Shown: positions 12,707-25,550, counted from the whole stretch's first letter. The stretch is 63,236 nucleotides of DNA, filler included, from Octopus bimaculoides (GCF_001194135.2; 4 parts of 4 records of this genome joined end to end with filler, not necessarily neighbours in it), one strand, 5' to 3'. The notes: generated from the sequence alone by a model not told the origin. Program-made: numbers and translations.

Positions 12707-12870
12707 GAGACGTTATCGTATTTACGTCCCTGTAACTTAGCGGTTCGGCAAAAGAGACCGACAAAATAAGTACTAGGCTTAAAAAGAATAGGTTCTGGGA
12801 TCGACTAAAACCCGTTAGGATGTGCTCCAGCATGGCTACAGTCAAATGACTTAAACAAATAAGAGAATAA
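12707..12870 (+). mobile_element. SINE family B 3' half
   Basis: TAACTTAGCGGTTCGGCAAAAGAGACCGA...CCAGCATGGCTACAGTCAAATGAC. Confidence 0.85.
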
Positions 12871-12872
12871 AA

Positions 12873-12917
<45 letters not shown>

Positions 12918-13550
12918 CATGCATGTGTGTGTTTGTGTGTGTATCGGTATGTACATATGCATATGTGTGAGTATGTGTATATTTATGTATGCATGTATAT
13001 GTACATAGACAGATACATACACACACACCTACCAATATTTACATTTATCTATCTATAGTCATGTCTTTCAATATATCTGCTCTTAGTCTCAGTATGTCTT
13101 GTTTTACTACTAATCCACTAATGAATAAATATAATAAATTAAAAAAATATAAATAAATAGCACAAATTCACGTTACCAGAAGAAGAGTCGGAAGACACAC
13201 TGGTCTCACCTAAAAGTGAATAAATTCGATCACACATTGATGAACACTTCTCTGATGAAAGAATGTTAAATCGCTTCAGTTACCTAATAACTTACAGATC
13301 TACTTATAAACAACATCTAAACGCTTACTTGTGTTGAGCTCTGTTGGTACATCTTATACAGAAAACTTTTGTCACAATAGTAAGTTGGTAAAATTGGATA
13401 AAGGTTTTGTTAGTTCAATACTTCTTGATTGTGACAGTGCCTGGAATCAATTGAAAAGTTTGTTTGTTGTCGTTCGGTCTGCAAGAAATAGTAAGCAAAT
13501 TTTCTTCCTCAAATTTTCATGCTACCATCATTAAATACATTATATTATAA

Positions 13551-14136
13551 AGAGGCAATATTTATACCCACGTAAATGTGGATCTTCTATAAGGACAAAC
13601 TATACTACGGTAGTTACCGTGAGAGAAACGCTTATATTGGCTTTTCGGTGCAAAATGCATTCTTGTTTATATCGCTAGCGGGGAGTTAATTCTCGTTACC
13701 TCTGCCCCTGGATCACCAGACCACGTGATTTCGATCTTGTCTGGCCTTGTCAAATATGGATACCCGACCGCTGGAGGCAGTAGTGATTCGTTTCCCCGTC
13801 AGCGATATAGAGACTGACAGTGCCAGAATAATGTTGGTGTCATGATTAGCCAGTGAGCTTGTTCAGAAATATATATTAGCCACAAGGGCAATATCAATAC
13901 TGAGAGGTAATATTTATCCCCACTTAAACGTGGATGTTCCATTAGAACAAAGTATACTGTGGTAGTTGCTTCAAGAGAAACTCTTATATTGTTTTTTTGG
14001 TGCAAAATGCACTCTTGTTTATATCGCTAGCGACAAAATAAATCGTTGCTACCTTCGGGCTTGAAGACCACCAAATCACATGATTTCGACCTTGTTTGGT
14101 TCTTGTCAATGATGGATACTGGACCCCTAGAGGCAG
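13551..14136. repeat. Old direct duplication, ~230-bp homologous units at ~352-bp period (13551-13780, 13903-14136)
   Basis: Colinear blocks such as GGTGCAAAATGCA(T/C)TCTTGTTTATATCGCTAGCG and TGATTTCGA(T/C)CTTGT occur in both units. Confidence 0.85.
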
Positions 14137-14341
14137 CTGTGCTGCTTCTAAAGCAACGATCGAGCGATGACATCACTGGAAATCGAGCTGAAGCCGTCAT
14201 GTATGAATGCATGTATGTATGCATGTATATACTATGTATGTATGTGTGTGTACGTGCGTGTGTGTGTGTGAGTCTGCGTGTGCAAAGGAAACTGATGACA
14301 GCGCGTTGGAGAAATACAAGGGATAGAAAAAAAGGAGAGGT

Positions 14342-14384
<43 letters not shown>

Positions 14385-14910
14385 GAAAGAGAGAGAGAAA
14401 AAGAAAGAGAAAGAAAGAAAAGGAGAGAGAAAGAGAGAGAGAGAAGAAAGAAAGAAAGAGGGAGAGAGAAAGAGAGAGAGAGAGAAGAAAGAGAGAGGGA
14501 GAGAGAAAGAGAGAGAGAGAGAAGAGGGAGAGAGAAAGAGAGAGAGAGAGAGAGAAGGGAGAGAAGGGAGAGAGGGAGATAATGAGAGGGAAGGAGGGAG
14601 ATAATGAGAGTGAGTGAGAGTGAGTGAGAGTGAGTGAGAGTGAGATTACAGCGTCTGCCGTAGTGATGGACAATGAAACAGANNNNNNNNNNNNNNNNNN
14701 NNNNNNNNNNNNNNNNNNNNNNNNNNNNNNNNNNNNNNNNNNNNNNNNNNNNNNNNNNNNNNNNNNNNNNNNNNNNNNNNNNNNNNNNNNNNNNNNNNNN
14801 NNNNNNNNNNNNNNNNNNNNNNNNNNNNNNNNNNNNNNNNNNNNNNNNNNNNNNNNNNNNNNNNNNNNNNNNNNNNNNNNNNNNNNNNNNNNNNNNNNNN
14901 NNNNNNNNNN

Positions 14911-14979
<69 letters not shown>

Positions 14980-15317
14980 TCGTACACACATATGCGCTCA
15001 TACACAAACATGCACTCATACACGTACATATACTCATACACACACTAACTCGTACGCACAACCAGTTTTTAAGTTAAGTTTGCATAATTTATTCGATAAT
15101 CAGATAAACTCCGTTAACATCATCGATTGTCTTATTTATTTATGTTGGCTTTTCAGTGTATATTTCCGTATTTAGAGCTACGTTTATAGTGTATTCCTGT
15201 GCTTGTATAACACTGAACCGGAAGTTGTTAGAAGCAACGGAATAAAACTCATTGCGCATGTGTTGCCGGAAACATAAACTAACAAATATCATAAATAATG
15301 TATGGATACATGTTAAA

Positions 15318-15510
15318 ATGGCAAAGCCGGCAGAATCGTCTGTACGCCGGAAAAAAAAGCTTAGCAGCATTTCTTCCGTCTTCACGTTCTGAGTACAAAT
15401 GCTGGTGCGGTTGACTTTGTGTTTTATCCTATCGGGATCGATAAAATAAGTACCACTCGAGCACTGCGGTTAATGTAATAGATAGTCCTCACCCCTGAAA
15501 AATAAATACT
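15318..15510 (+). mobile_element. SINE family A, old copy
   Basis: GCCGGCAGAATCG head; GGGATCGATAAAATAAGTACCA block. Confidence 0.75.
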
Positions 15511-15843
15511 CGTCAAGCTTGGGGTAGATGTAATCGTCTTATCCCTTCCTTGAAGTCGCTGGTCTTGAACTAAAAGTTGAAACCAATTTATGGATATATG
15601 TGAACATATATATATATATATTAGTAACAATGAGGATAACTACTTATAGGGATAATTATCCAAGATACACCGGTTTAATATATTAGATTTTGAAGAGATA
15701 CTCCTTCAATGAATATATTATATAGAATGTCGTTAGATATCAGATATATTTTTATTGAGTCAGAAAACAGAGAGATCTAATGGATACAAATCAATTTATT
15801 AATTAATCAACATATTAACCAACAATTGTTTCATTGTGTGTGC

Positions 15844-15890
<47 letters not shown>

Positions 15891-16577
15891 TGTGTGTTTA
15901 TGAGTGTGTGCGTTTTGCGCGCGCATGTGTGCGTATGGCCACCTGTTTCTCATATTAAACGTACATGCACCGCTGAAAGTCATATCCTGAGCTGTGTTGC
16001 CTGAGAGAAAAATCTCTTCATGGACTTGTGTTAAAGACGAACGTCATCGCAGAGGAACATCATCGAAGCAGTGAGTCTCAAGCCCAACAAATGTGTTTCG
16101 CCCTATTTACCGTTCACTCGTTTGTCACTTGCTTAGAACGAAGTTCTTACATTGATATATATATATATATATAGGCAACAATGAATAATAACGTCACTGA
16201 TATTTCAGAAAGTCTGCCGAGCAGTAAAAAAAAAACTTGATCTACACAACTAAAACATCAATAAATTTAAATTGCCACCTCTGTATCATACTAAATTTAC
16301 ACATACCATTGAAAGTCTTGATGTTGAGGTTTTTGTCTAGGAAAAATTTCTTCTATAGACCGTTGTTTATGTTGTGAATGGCATTTACAAACGTTCTAGC
16401 GGAGCGAAACGCATCTTTCTTTCTCATGAGTTACTGTTGTGGCGATGTTCGTCTCATTCTGATATATATACGTTGAAATATTAAGTCAACGTGTCTATGA
16501 AGAGATTTTCTCTCAGAAAAAAAAAATATATACATTTAGTATGATACTCAGATGTTAATTTTAATTTCATACATACA

Positions 16578-16624
<47 letters not shown>

Positions 16625-16629
16625 CTGCC

Positions 16630-16810
16630 CAACTCTTCGAAACGCCGGTGTTAAAACGGGGGTAGCTGATGAAGGAAAATGTTCTCTATGTGGCTTGTGT
16701 GTTTTCTGTACTCTGGTTATTATTATTTTCTTGTCTACGTTTTGTTTGCAATGTCCTGTACCCAGATATGCACCTATATATACAGGTAGACGTAGGTATG
16801 CACATACCTG
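16630..16810 (+). repeat. Interspersed repeat shared with 18938-19115 (opposite strand)
   Basis: Shared TCTTCGAAACG...AGCTGATGAAGG...GTGGCTT...GTCCTGTACCC.GATATGCA. Confidence 0.65.
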
Positions 16811-16869
16811 TACGTATATATGCATATACTCATTTATTATTTGTTTATATATATATATATATATATAAT

Positions 16870-16990
16870 GTGTGGTAAGAAGATTGCTTCCCTGCCACAT
16901 GGTTCCCGGTTCAGTCCCACTGCGTGACACCTTGACCAAGTGTCTTCTACTATTGCCCCAGACAGACCAAAGCCTCTTGAGTTGATTTGG
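16870..16990 (+). mobile_element. SINE family B 5' half, runs into (GT)n and a gap
   Basis: GTGTGGTAAGAAG...GGTTCAGTCCCACTGCGTGACACCTTGACCAAGTG. Confidence 0.85.
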
Positions 16991-17039
16991 TATATATATA
17001 CGTGTGTGTGTGTGTTTATGCGTGTGTGTGATTGTGCGT

Positions 17040-17092
<53 letters not shown>

Positions 17093-18633
17093 NNNNNNNN
17101 NNNNNNNNNNNNNNNNNNNNNNNNNNNNNNNNNNNNNNNNNNNNNNNNNNNNNNNNNNNNNNNNNNNNNNNNNNNNNNNNNNNNNNNNNNNNNNNNNNNN
17201 NNNNNNNNNNNNNNNNNNNNNNNNNNNNNNNNNNNNNNNNNNNNNNNNNNNNNNNNNNNNNNNNNNNNNNNNNNNNNNNNNNNNNNNNNNNNNNNNNNNN
17301 NNNNNNNNNNNNNNNNNNNNNNNNNNNNNNNNNNNNNNNNNNNNNNNNNNNNNNNNNNNNNNNNNNNNNNNNNNNNNNNNNNNNNNNNNNNNNNNNNNNN
17401 NNNNNNNNNNNNNNNNNNNNNNNNNNNNNNNNNNNNNNNNNNNNNNNNNNNNNNNNNNNNNNNNNNNNNNNNNNNNNNNNNNNNNNNNNNNNNNNNNNNN
17501 NNNNNNNNNNNNNNNNNNNNNNNNNNNNNNNNNNNNNNNNNNNNNNNNNNNNNNNNNNNNNNNNNNNNNNNNNNNNNNNNNNNNNNNNNNNNNNNNNNNN
17601 NNNNNNNNNNNNNNNNNNNNNNNNNNNNNNNNNNNNNNNNNNNNNNNNNNNNNNNNNNNNNNNNNNNNNNNNNNNNNNNNNNNNNNNNNNNNNNNNNNNN
17701 NNNNNNNNNNNNNNNNNNNNNNNNNNNNNNNNNNNNNNNNNNNNNNNNNNNNNNNNNNNNNNNNNNNNNNNNNNNNNNNNNNNNNNNNNNNNNNNNNNNN
17801 NNNNNNNNNNNNNNNNNNNNNNNNNNNNNNNNNNNNNNNNNNNNNNNNNNNNNNNNNNNNNNNNNNNNNNNNNNNNNNNNNNNNNNNNNNNNNNNNNNNN
17901 NNNNNNNNNNNNNNNNNNNNNNNNNNNNNNNNNNNNNNNNNNNNNNNNNNNNNNNNNNNNNNNNNNNNNNNNNNNNNNNNNNNNNNNNNNNNNNNNNNNN
18001 NNNNNNNNNNNNNNNNNNNNNNNNNNNNTATATATATATATATGTATATGTTTGCATTTCAATATATATGTATGTATTTATGTATGTAATTTACATATTT
18101 AGAAATATTTGTTTATATATATATACCTTAATTCACTACATATTAAATAGACACACGTGGAAATTTGTGCGTCAGTATGTGCATTCACGTAATATTTCTC
18201 TGTCTCTGTATGCGTTTGTGCATGAGTGTACCTGGGTATGCGACGAGTGTGTGTGTCCGTACGTGTGAATACTTGTGTATCAGCACACGAGCGCGACTGA
18301 ATGCTCGCGTTCGTGTGCCTACGCGCGCGTGTAATTTTACGAAGGAGAGATAAAACAGTGCGAAGATCGATAGTTCGATTACAACTAGATGTCAAAGTGG
18401 AAGATAGTTGCTATAGTGACAAAAATGCAGCCAACTTGCATCAACTGCATCTGCATCTCTCAGAAAATGCGACGCAGCGTATGAAAAAATGGTGAACGCG
18501 TATTACTTCTCGACACGAACCGCGATTGACAGACAGATATTCACTGGTAAACCGTCTTAGGACAAGTTTACTAGCAGTACAACGGCTGTTGCTGCTGCTG
18601 TTGTTTCGGCTGCTGCTATTGCTGCTGCTGCTG

Positions 18634-18699
<66 letters not shown>

Positions 18700-18803
18700 G
18701 TGTGTAATTATGTGCTTGTGAAGGTTTACTGATGTGTGTAGGTATCTGAATTTAAGTAATCGCACTGTTGTATATATAAATGTGTGTGTGTGTATATGTG
18801 TGA

Positions 18804-18837
<34 letters not shown>

Positions 18838-18937
18838 NNNNNNNNNNNNNNNNNNNNNNNNNNNNNNNNNNNNNNNNNNNNTTAATTAATTAANNNNNNN
18901 NNNNNNNNNNNNNNNNNNNNNNNNNNNNNNNNNNNNN

Positions 18938-19115
18938 TGTACATACTTACATCTACATGTGTATATATATGCATATCAGGGTACAGGACGTTAGAACAAT
19001 GAACTACAGACAACGGAACGAACACATAGGAACGGAAAGCCACTTGGAATATCCCTTCATCAGCTGTCTCTATTCTAACTAGACGTTTCGAAGATAAGAC
19101 AGAACGTACTCTAGA
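18938..19115 (-). repeat. Second copy of the 16630-16810 repeat
   Basis: Minus strand TCTTCGAAACGTC...AGCTGATGAAGGG...GTCCTGTACCCTGATATGCA. Confidence 0.65.
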
Positions 19116-19717
19116 ATAGTCTCTTCCTGAGTAGTGGATCAACCCACTACACAGAGGATTCCAAGGTGGCAAACACAAACCAAGACAGGAAAAATTGAAC
19201 AGTGAAAACAACATTCAAAAGCCGTACGGCCAAACGCGAATCTGAGGTAGAACGCTAGTAGTTCGTCTTGCCTTCACAGCGGCTGGAGTGAAAAGAAAGT
19301 TGATTTATGAGGCTAACGATCAAAACGTCTTTTGCGGGAAAGTCTACACAAATTCAATCAGTATATAAGGAACAACATGGAGACCAAATATATTCAATTT
19401 AATCCTTTAAATTGAGACCGTGATCTCCTGAAAACGCCAGATCCGAATTTAGAAACTCTATTGTTTCAAACGAACTATAAAAATCTTAGAAATGTGAAAA
19501 GTCTAACATAGAAAAGGATAAAACTTAAACATAGTCGTGTATGTTATGAAACATATATGCATATGCATATATATATATGTGTGTGTGTGTGTCTGTGTGT
19601 GTAGAAAGATATATATATATGTATGTGTGTACATATATATGTATACATATGTATATATATATATATTATATATGTACACACACACGTGTGTGTGTGTGTG
19701 TATTCGTGTGTATTTGA

Positions 19718-20010
19718 AAGCGCATGACTTAGTGGTTAGGGTGTTGAACTCACGAGTGCGAGATCGTGGTTTCGATTCCCAGACTGGACGTTGCGAGTTC
19801 TTGAGCAAAGCACTTCATTCCACGTTGCTCTGCGATCGTTTCGTCATCTGACATGTGGCACACGGTGCACGTGTACAGGTAATGTCGACTTGATGGAGGG
19901 AGTAAGCTTATGTGTACACAAACATTTGATCACTATAAGCAAATCAACTGTGCGGTTGTTCGGCAAGAAGTTGCTGAACCCGCATACGTCGTCTAACGAC
20001 GGAAGCGTCC
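19718..20010 (+). mobile_element. SINE family G (tRNA-like head)
   Basis: TGACTTAGTGGTTAGG...GGTTTCGATTCC head; body homologous to 60300-60550. Confidence 0.8.
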
Positions 20011-20081
20011 TTGATATATATGTACATATATATTATACATGTGTGCTTGTATGCGTGTGTAAACTCCTTACATTACTTTTT

Positions 20082-20518
20082 AATGAAGACATTTCCAAGT
20101 TCCTTCACAACCCCAAAGGTAGGTTTATTGCTTATTTCAAAAGCGAAATTAGTATAGCTAATAATCGCATTCTCGGCGCAGTTAACTTCAAAATTACAAG
20201 TGCAGTGCGATTAGATCAGTTTAATTGCAGAACCATTGTCATCAAGTGGCTCCATCATATTGAAAATAAATAAGCCTCTAGACTCTCTCAATTCGATATT
20301 ATGAAAATCTTTACCTCTGAAAGCTCTGGATTTCAGAAAATCATCCACTGTAATTAATTATCCTGATGTTTAGGATAGATATGAAAGCCGGGAAGCCATG
20401 ACAATTTCTATTAGTTCAAAAAGGAGGTTATCTCTGTTCAATCATTCCATTATAACTTTCATGGCGATGAGGCATCGATCGTGTGAGTTCATTCGTCTTT
20501 GATATTATTAGAAACTGA
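20082..20518 (+). mobile_element. Penelope-like element reverse transcriptase fragment (decayed)
   Basis: NPKGRFIAYFKSEIS...LDQFNCRTIVIKWLHHIENK*...QFDIMKIFTS...CEFIRL*YY*KL matches the PLE RT pattern NPxCRLINPxKSEIG...LNQWxNTxxVIxWFxxIENK...QFDIxEFYPS...CELVGLYILxKL. Confidence 0.8.
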
Positions 20519-20714
20519 ACCTCCCTCTCTTATCTCTAGTTCGAAGAGGGATGAAAGCCAGGCAGCCCTACGCAACAGTTTTGTAGATAAGTGATAAGAT
20601 TATTTTAAAATTTTTGGTTTAGAAATAACTCTTAATACAATGCTAACGGTTGGTATTAAGCTTTCTAGAAATTACATTAAGTTTTATTAAGAAGTAAGCC
20701 GTTTTTTAGACTAA

Positions 20715-20777
20715 CTGGAGACTTAATTATCACGTCTATAATTAAAAACATAGTAGACGTGATAATTAAGTCTCCAG
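20715..20777. repeat. Perfect 24-bp inverted repeat with 15-nt spacer
   Basis: CTGGAGACTTAATTATCACGTCTA (20715-20738) / TAGACGTGATAATTAAGTCTCCAG (20754-20777). Confidence 0.95.
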
Positions 20778-21079
20778 CCGCTCCTCGGAAGATAAAATTT
20801 CACAAAGAACGACTCGTTGTATGATGAAGGCTAACCAGCCCAAGTTCGAAGTTAATTTACAGAGAGGATATCCTCTACCACCCCAAGTCAGAGGATTGTT
20901 ATAAAGAGATAAGCCCTCTGAGTTAAATGCCCCTTATAACGTCACCGCGATCGTTTCCAGGAATTTACCATCCCTTGTTATATGCCACTTCTTATCAACA
21001 CACAAATACCACAATAAATGAAATCTTCCACAGCTGAAGTTATATAAAGAACAAATACATATACACGCACATGTGCAAA

Positions 21080-21113
<34 letters not shown>

Positions 21114-22112
21114 AGTATGTACGTAATTTTGTATGCATGCATTTAGCAAGTTATTGTTTCGTTGTGATTTCAGTCAGTAATTTTCTTTTCCTTTATGATT
21201 GACAGTTTTCCACCGTACATTTCCATAGTGTATTCGTCTAATCTGTTTCTTTTCTTATAATTTCTATTCCATTTTGTTTCTTATAGAATGTTTCAGACTA
21301 TATTTCAAAAGTCGTGTTGTATTCATAAGAACGTTGGTGTTTTAACTACTTTAATTCTCGATTGTCTGGGAATTCTTTTTGTTTTATACTTGTAAATAAA
21401 TATTTTTAATCTTTTACGATTCAGAAATAATCAGTCTAACTTCTTATTGCTAGGCTTTGCCATGTTTTTTTCTTTTTCTTTTTTGTTCAGATTATTATTA
21501 TGTGGTTCAATATTTTTTGACCAGAACTATTTACAGTTTGAATGAACCCTCTTCTTTCAAAGACAAGTTTTACATTAGTTTGTTTATTGATTTTTATGTT
21601 AACGTAGCTTACTCTCTCCAGAATAGCACTGTTATATTTATTAAGGCTGTGCTTTCTAAAATTCTCTTATTTGCGGGGAATTTCTGATTGTCATTTTATA
21701 TTTTACGTTTGAATATGTGTGGAATTGCAAAATATTAATCACTGTCACATCACAAATGATTTCTGATTACTTTCTAGACGAAGTATACACATTTTTTTTC
21801 TTTTCAAAAGATATTACATTAAAGTGGTTCTTCTAACATTCTACAAATTTATAGGACTTAAGTAAACACCTCCAACTAAGGAAACGTTCATAGTTATACA
21901 AGTACATTGTACTTATGGTACTTATACATACGCATGCATGTATATGTCAGTTTATAGCAGCATATATGTATACGTGTGTCACATTTCATATGCATACACA
22001 AAAACATAATATTATATATGCATAAATATATCATCGTATTAAGCTGTTCATCTCGACACGTTTTTCTCAATTCGTTTTTTCCTCTATCTCCCCATTGTTT
22101 TTTCTCTCACCC

Positions 22113-22205
22113 ATTTCTGTCGAAGATCATGGGCTCAAAACGTCAAAGACTTTTCCATTCTTCCCGAGCGTCAAATTAATATAACTGCTTGTTGTTCTCT
22201 CACTC
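22113..22205 (+). repeat. Short repeat family F with degenerate hammerhead motif (22113-22149)
   Basis: TTT-CTGTCGA-A-GATC(ATGG)GCTC-AAAA-CG-TC-AAAGA, followed by a tail homologous to 45110-45170 (-). Confidence 0.55.
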
Positions 22206-22233
22206 GTCTTTGCCTTTGTTTTCTGTACATTTG

Positions 22234-22322
<89 letters not shown>

Positions 22323-22870
22323 TGTGTCTCTGTGTCTGTGTGTCTGTGTGTGTATGTGCGTGAGTGCGTGTGTATGTGCTTGTGTACATATATATATGTA
22401 TGCATGTAGGCTTGCATTCATATATTTATGTATGTATGTATGTATGTATGTATGTATGTATGTATGTATGTATGTATGTATGTATGTATACATTTATTGA
22501 ATGAGCCAGCCGCCACCCGCGAACAAGTATAACTTAGTAGCATGCACAGGTTTATGTACCTACGTAGTTGCGAGCAGACATACTCGCCGTCTAAACCCTC
22601 TTTCTCTTTGATTCGAGAAAAGGCAGTTGCACTAGTACACAGTTTATACTTATTTTCGGCTCAGAAGACTAGGGCAACGTGAAATAAAATGCCTTGTTCA
22701 AAAATACGCTACGCATCACGAAAATATCTGCTTTTCTATATTTATTTTGCTGTCGCTTTGTAGTCTCACTTTCAGGATTTATCCAGCACCAACATTTTGC
22801 TGCCTCCTGCAACACGCGTGATACATAAGTCAAGATCGGTTCTCCGGGAATTAAAATAACACATACTTAC

Positions 22871-22971
22871 CAAAAACATGAGAGGAAGCGCAAACTTTTG
22901 TAGATACGTAGTAGACACATCATATCTCACCAAGAAGTCTACGCTTTTGCAATCCAGGAACGGGATGGCTA
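22871..22971 (-). other. Candidate 101-nt exon (VAIPFLDCKSVDFLVRYDVSTTYLQKFALPLMFL)
   Basis: TTTAG acceptor, only one open frame, strong G|GTAAGT donor at 22870-22865; acceptor pyrimidine tract weak; no recognised homology. Confidence 0.25.
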
Positions 22972-23897
22972 CTAAATATTTTATCAATAATAAAGATATG
23001 GATGTCTCAAAGTTTCTACTTTGAGACAGAAAATGAATATTGATGGTGAGAATGTGTTAGCAATCACACACTTCATTATCAACTGTTCAAAAATGTCTGA
23101 AAATTACTAATTGTACTAATTCACATCCTCTAAATGTAATCTATTACACTCTGCAACAATTATTTTGTTTTTGGTCAGTAAATGCTATTCGTTATTTGCT
23201 GTTATCTAGAAACCAAAGGAAATGACTACTACTCCCTTCAAACTTTGCTTTTGTGACCTAGACATCAATGTTCTGAAACTGATCTATTTTCCATTGCATT
23301 TCAGAAAGATTCAGCACTGAGTTTCTGAAGCAGAAATGTTATAGCAAATAATCTGCTCAATACCACAGTTTTGCAGGTTGGTTTGCAGGAGTAGTTGGGA
23401 TGGGGCATCATAGCCATGTGTTGAGAGGGATTCTTTGGGGTTTGAATGAATGTAACAAAAGCAAAGGTTGAAGGAAATAGTAATTTTTTTAATACTTTCT
23501 AGGGATGAAAAATAGGAAATAACAGTTGCTACCTAAGGACAAAAACTGTTACATGGTGTTAGTGATACATTGAAATTTTGTAAAACATTTCAGGGGTTCT
23601 CCATTTGAGGTTCTTCATTGAATGCATGCACACAATAGCATATACATATGGTATACCCATATACATAAACAGCAATAAGACATACACACTTGTGTACTAG
23701 AATGTCATGGACACCCATTCCATTCGTGTTAGTTTAGCTGCATATGCTGCGATAGGCAGGTATACACTAACTCAATTATATAAATTTCAGGTTCTCCCCT
23801 CACTCAAGGGAAAACGCCTTGAACTTTGTGAAGAAGAAACTTAAATCTCAAAGAAAAAGCACTCATGTATTCAGGCGTACATGCATACTTACATAGG

Positions 23898-23930
<33 letters not shown>

Positions 23931-25550
23931 GAGTGAGTCTTTGTACATTTGTATATGTGTAGGAGCGTTTGTGTGTACAAAAACTCACATATAGACACAG
24001 ACACATATGTAAACAGTCACTATTACTAATAAATATTGCATTATATCATATTATATATGTGCGTGTATCATGGATAGAAGAGCTTGACACCGCGAGAATG
24101 TAAATGCGTGCCGTTTTCTTTTTTTCTTTTTTTTTTTTTGGCATTCATCTACAATGTAATTTATTATCATCATAACATCTCTTTACCACTGTTTGTCAGT
24201 TGCAATATCTGTCTACTTTTCTCCTCTACACTGCTCTCATTCAAGCCGAATCCATCTGACACCAACACCCACGCTATTCTACCGTTTTTCGTTTTGTGAT
24301 GGGTAGGTGGTGATCGTTTTATCGTTCAAAACATGGCGACAAAATGTTTGTAATATATTGTTATAATAATGAAGAAACTACTTCTGTTCAGAGGCTTCTA
24401 AAGGTTAGATTTACTTCATTATTTTCTATGCACATGGCCTTCCATCTAAGATTACATACGCCAAAACATTTCATCGTGACTACGCGTAGTTTAGTCTTAA
24501 AATAATTTATACACATAAAGATAAATAGACATTGAATTTCAATGCTATATAGATTTCCATAGATAATGTGTAGTGCCGTTAATACAATACAAAACACTGA
24601 AAGTAAATACAACTACGGTAAAAGACTTTGGAGCGAAGTTCCTGCCAAGATTCGAACTAACTATCTCGCTCAATTTGTCAATGTGTGCCATGCACCTTCT
24701 CTCCCAGTAATGTAATGCACTTAAAATTGGTGTCATTTCCCGACAAATTGCATTTCCGAATGATCTAGAAGCTTTGCTCAAGGATATGAAAAAACTGGAG
24801 TGTTGAACCTCCAAAATAGTATCCCCTCAGGCACTACACGGAGCTCTTCGCTCAATTCCATGCAAGTTGTTCTTACTTTCTTGGAATTGTTTTATATAAC
24901 ATGCGTTGTATACCGTGATCGGCAAAAGTTAATCAACTTTGAGTCGTAATGCCTACATACATACATATCGATACACATACAAATATCTTGTCACGTAATT
25001 ATTATTTTTCTATATATAATAGCTATGCACAGTTATGACATAACTGTATTAATTAAGTCATTATTTCTGTCTTTATAAAATTATAAATATCACACAATAA
25101 CGTATATTTGTCAACACAATTCATTGTACATACGTAAATACAACTGTTTGGTATAACTATATGGATAATTAATTGTAGGATAATTCTGATTTTGAAACGC
25201 ATTTTCTTAATTAGCTGAACAACCCAACAAACTCAATGCTATTGACTGTAGTAATTGACTTCTTCTTATGTTCGATTTAACATGTAGATTTAAACTATGT
25301 CAAAAAGAAATTTAGACAATGCAGTCATGTTTCCAATTCTGTCATCATCACTTCAAGAACTCATAGATAGATTTAGATGTTGTTTGGTATCGACTTAGAT
25401 TTCGTACAGTTCGTTGTCGTTGTCGTTGTCTATTTATATATGATGCGATTGGTCTTCCTTATTTTGTTCCATTCATGTGCTTGTTTGCTGCTTATCTTAC
25501 GTGACTCTATTCTTGGAAAATCTACATAATTATGTATAATGCTTGTGATA

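Noticed and set aside
16630-16675. GAAAC...CTGATGA in permuted (type II hammerhead) order here and at 19050-19100 (-)
   Set aside because: Stem I cannot form in the required register in either copy, stem II pairing is poor, and one copy lacks U16.1. The repeat is real but the ribozyme is not supported.
10957-18268. Long ORFs in the track (up to 442 aa), likewise at 45-48 kb and 56-57 kb
   Set aside because: They are open only because they run through N gaps or di/trinucleotide repeats (THTH, YIYI, SLSL, poly-L/N/V).
18838-18937. TTAATTAATTAA inside N runs, three times (18882-18893, 35354-35365, 53935-53946)
   Set aside because: Each is exactly N44-TTAATTAATTAA-N44 (100 bp): a six-frame-stop scaffolding linker, not biological sequence.
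22772-22987. Resemblance of CKSVDF...LPLMFLVSMCYFN to opsin loop 2/TM5
   Set aside because: Spacing to the Pro and the CY motif is off by several residues; no other opsin segments are nearby. Kept only as an anonymous exon candidate.
24388-24900. Overlapping 74-89 aa minus-strand ORFs in complex sequence
   Set aside because: No recognisable motif in any of six frames and no convincing splice sites; possibly an unidentified TE relic.
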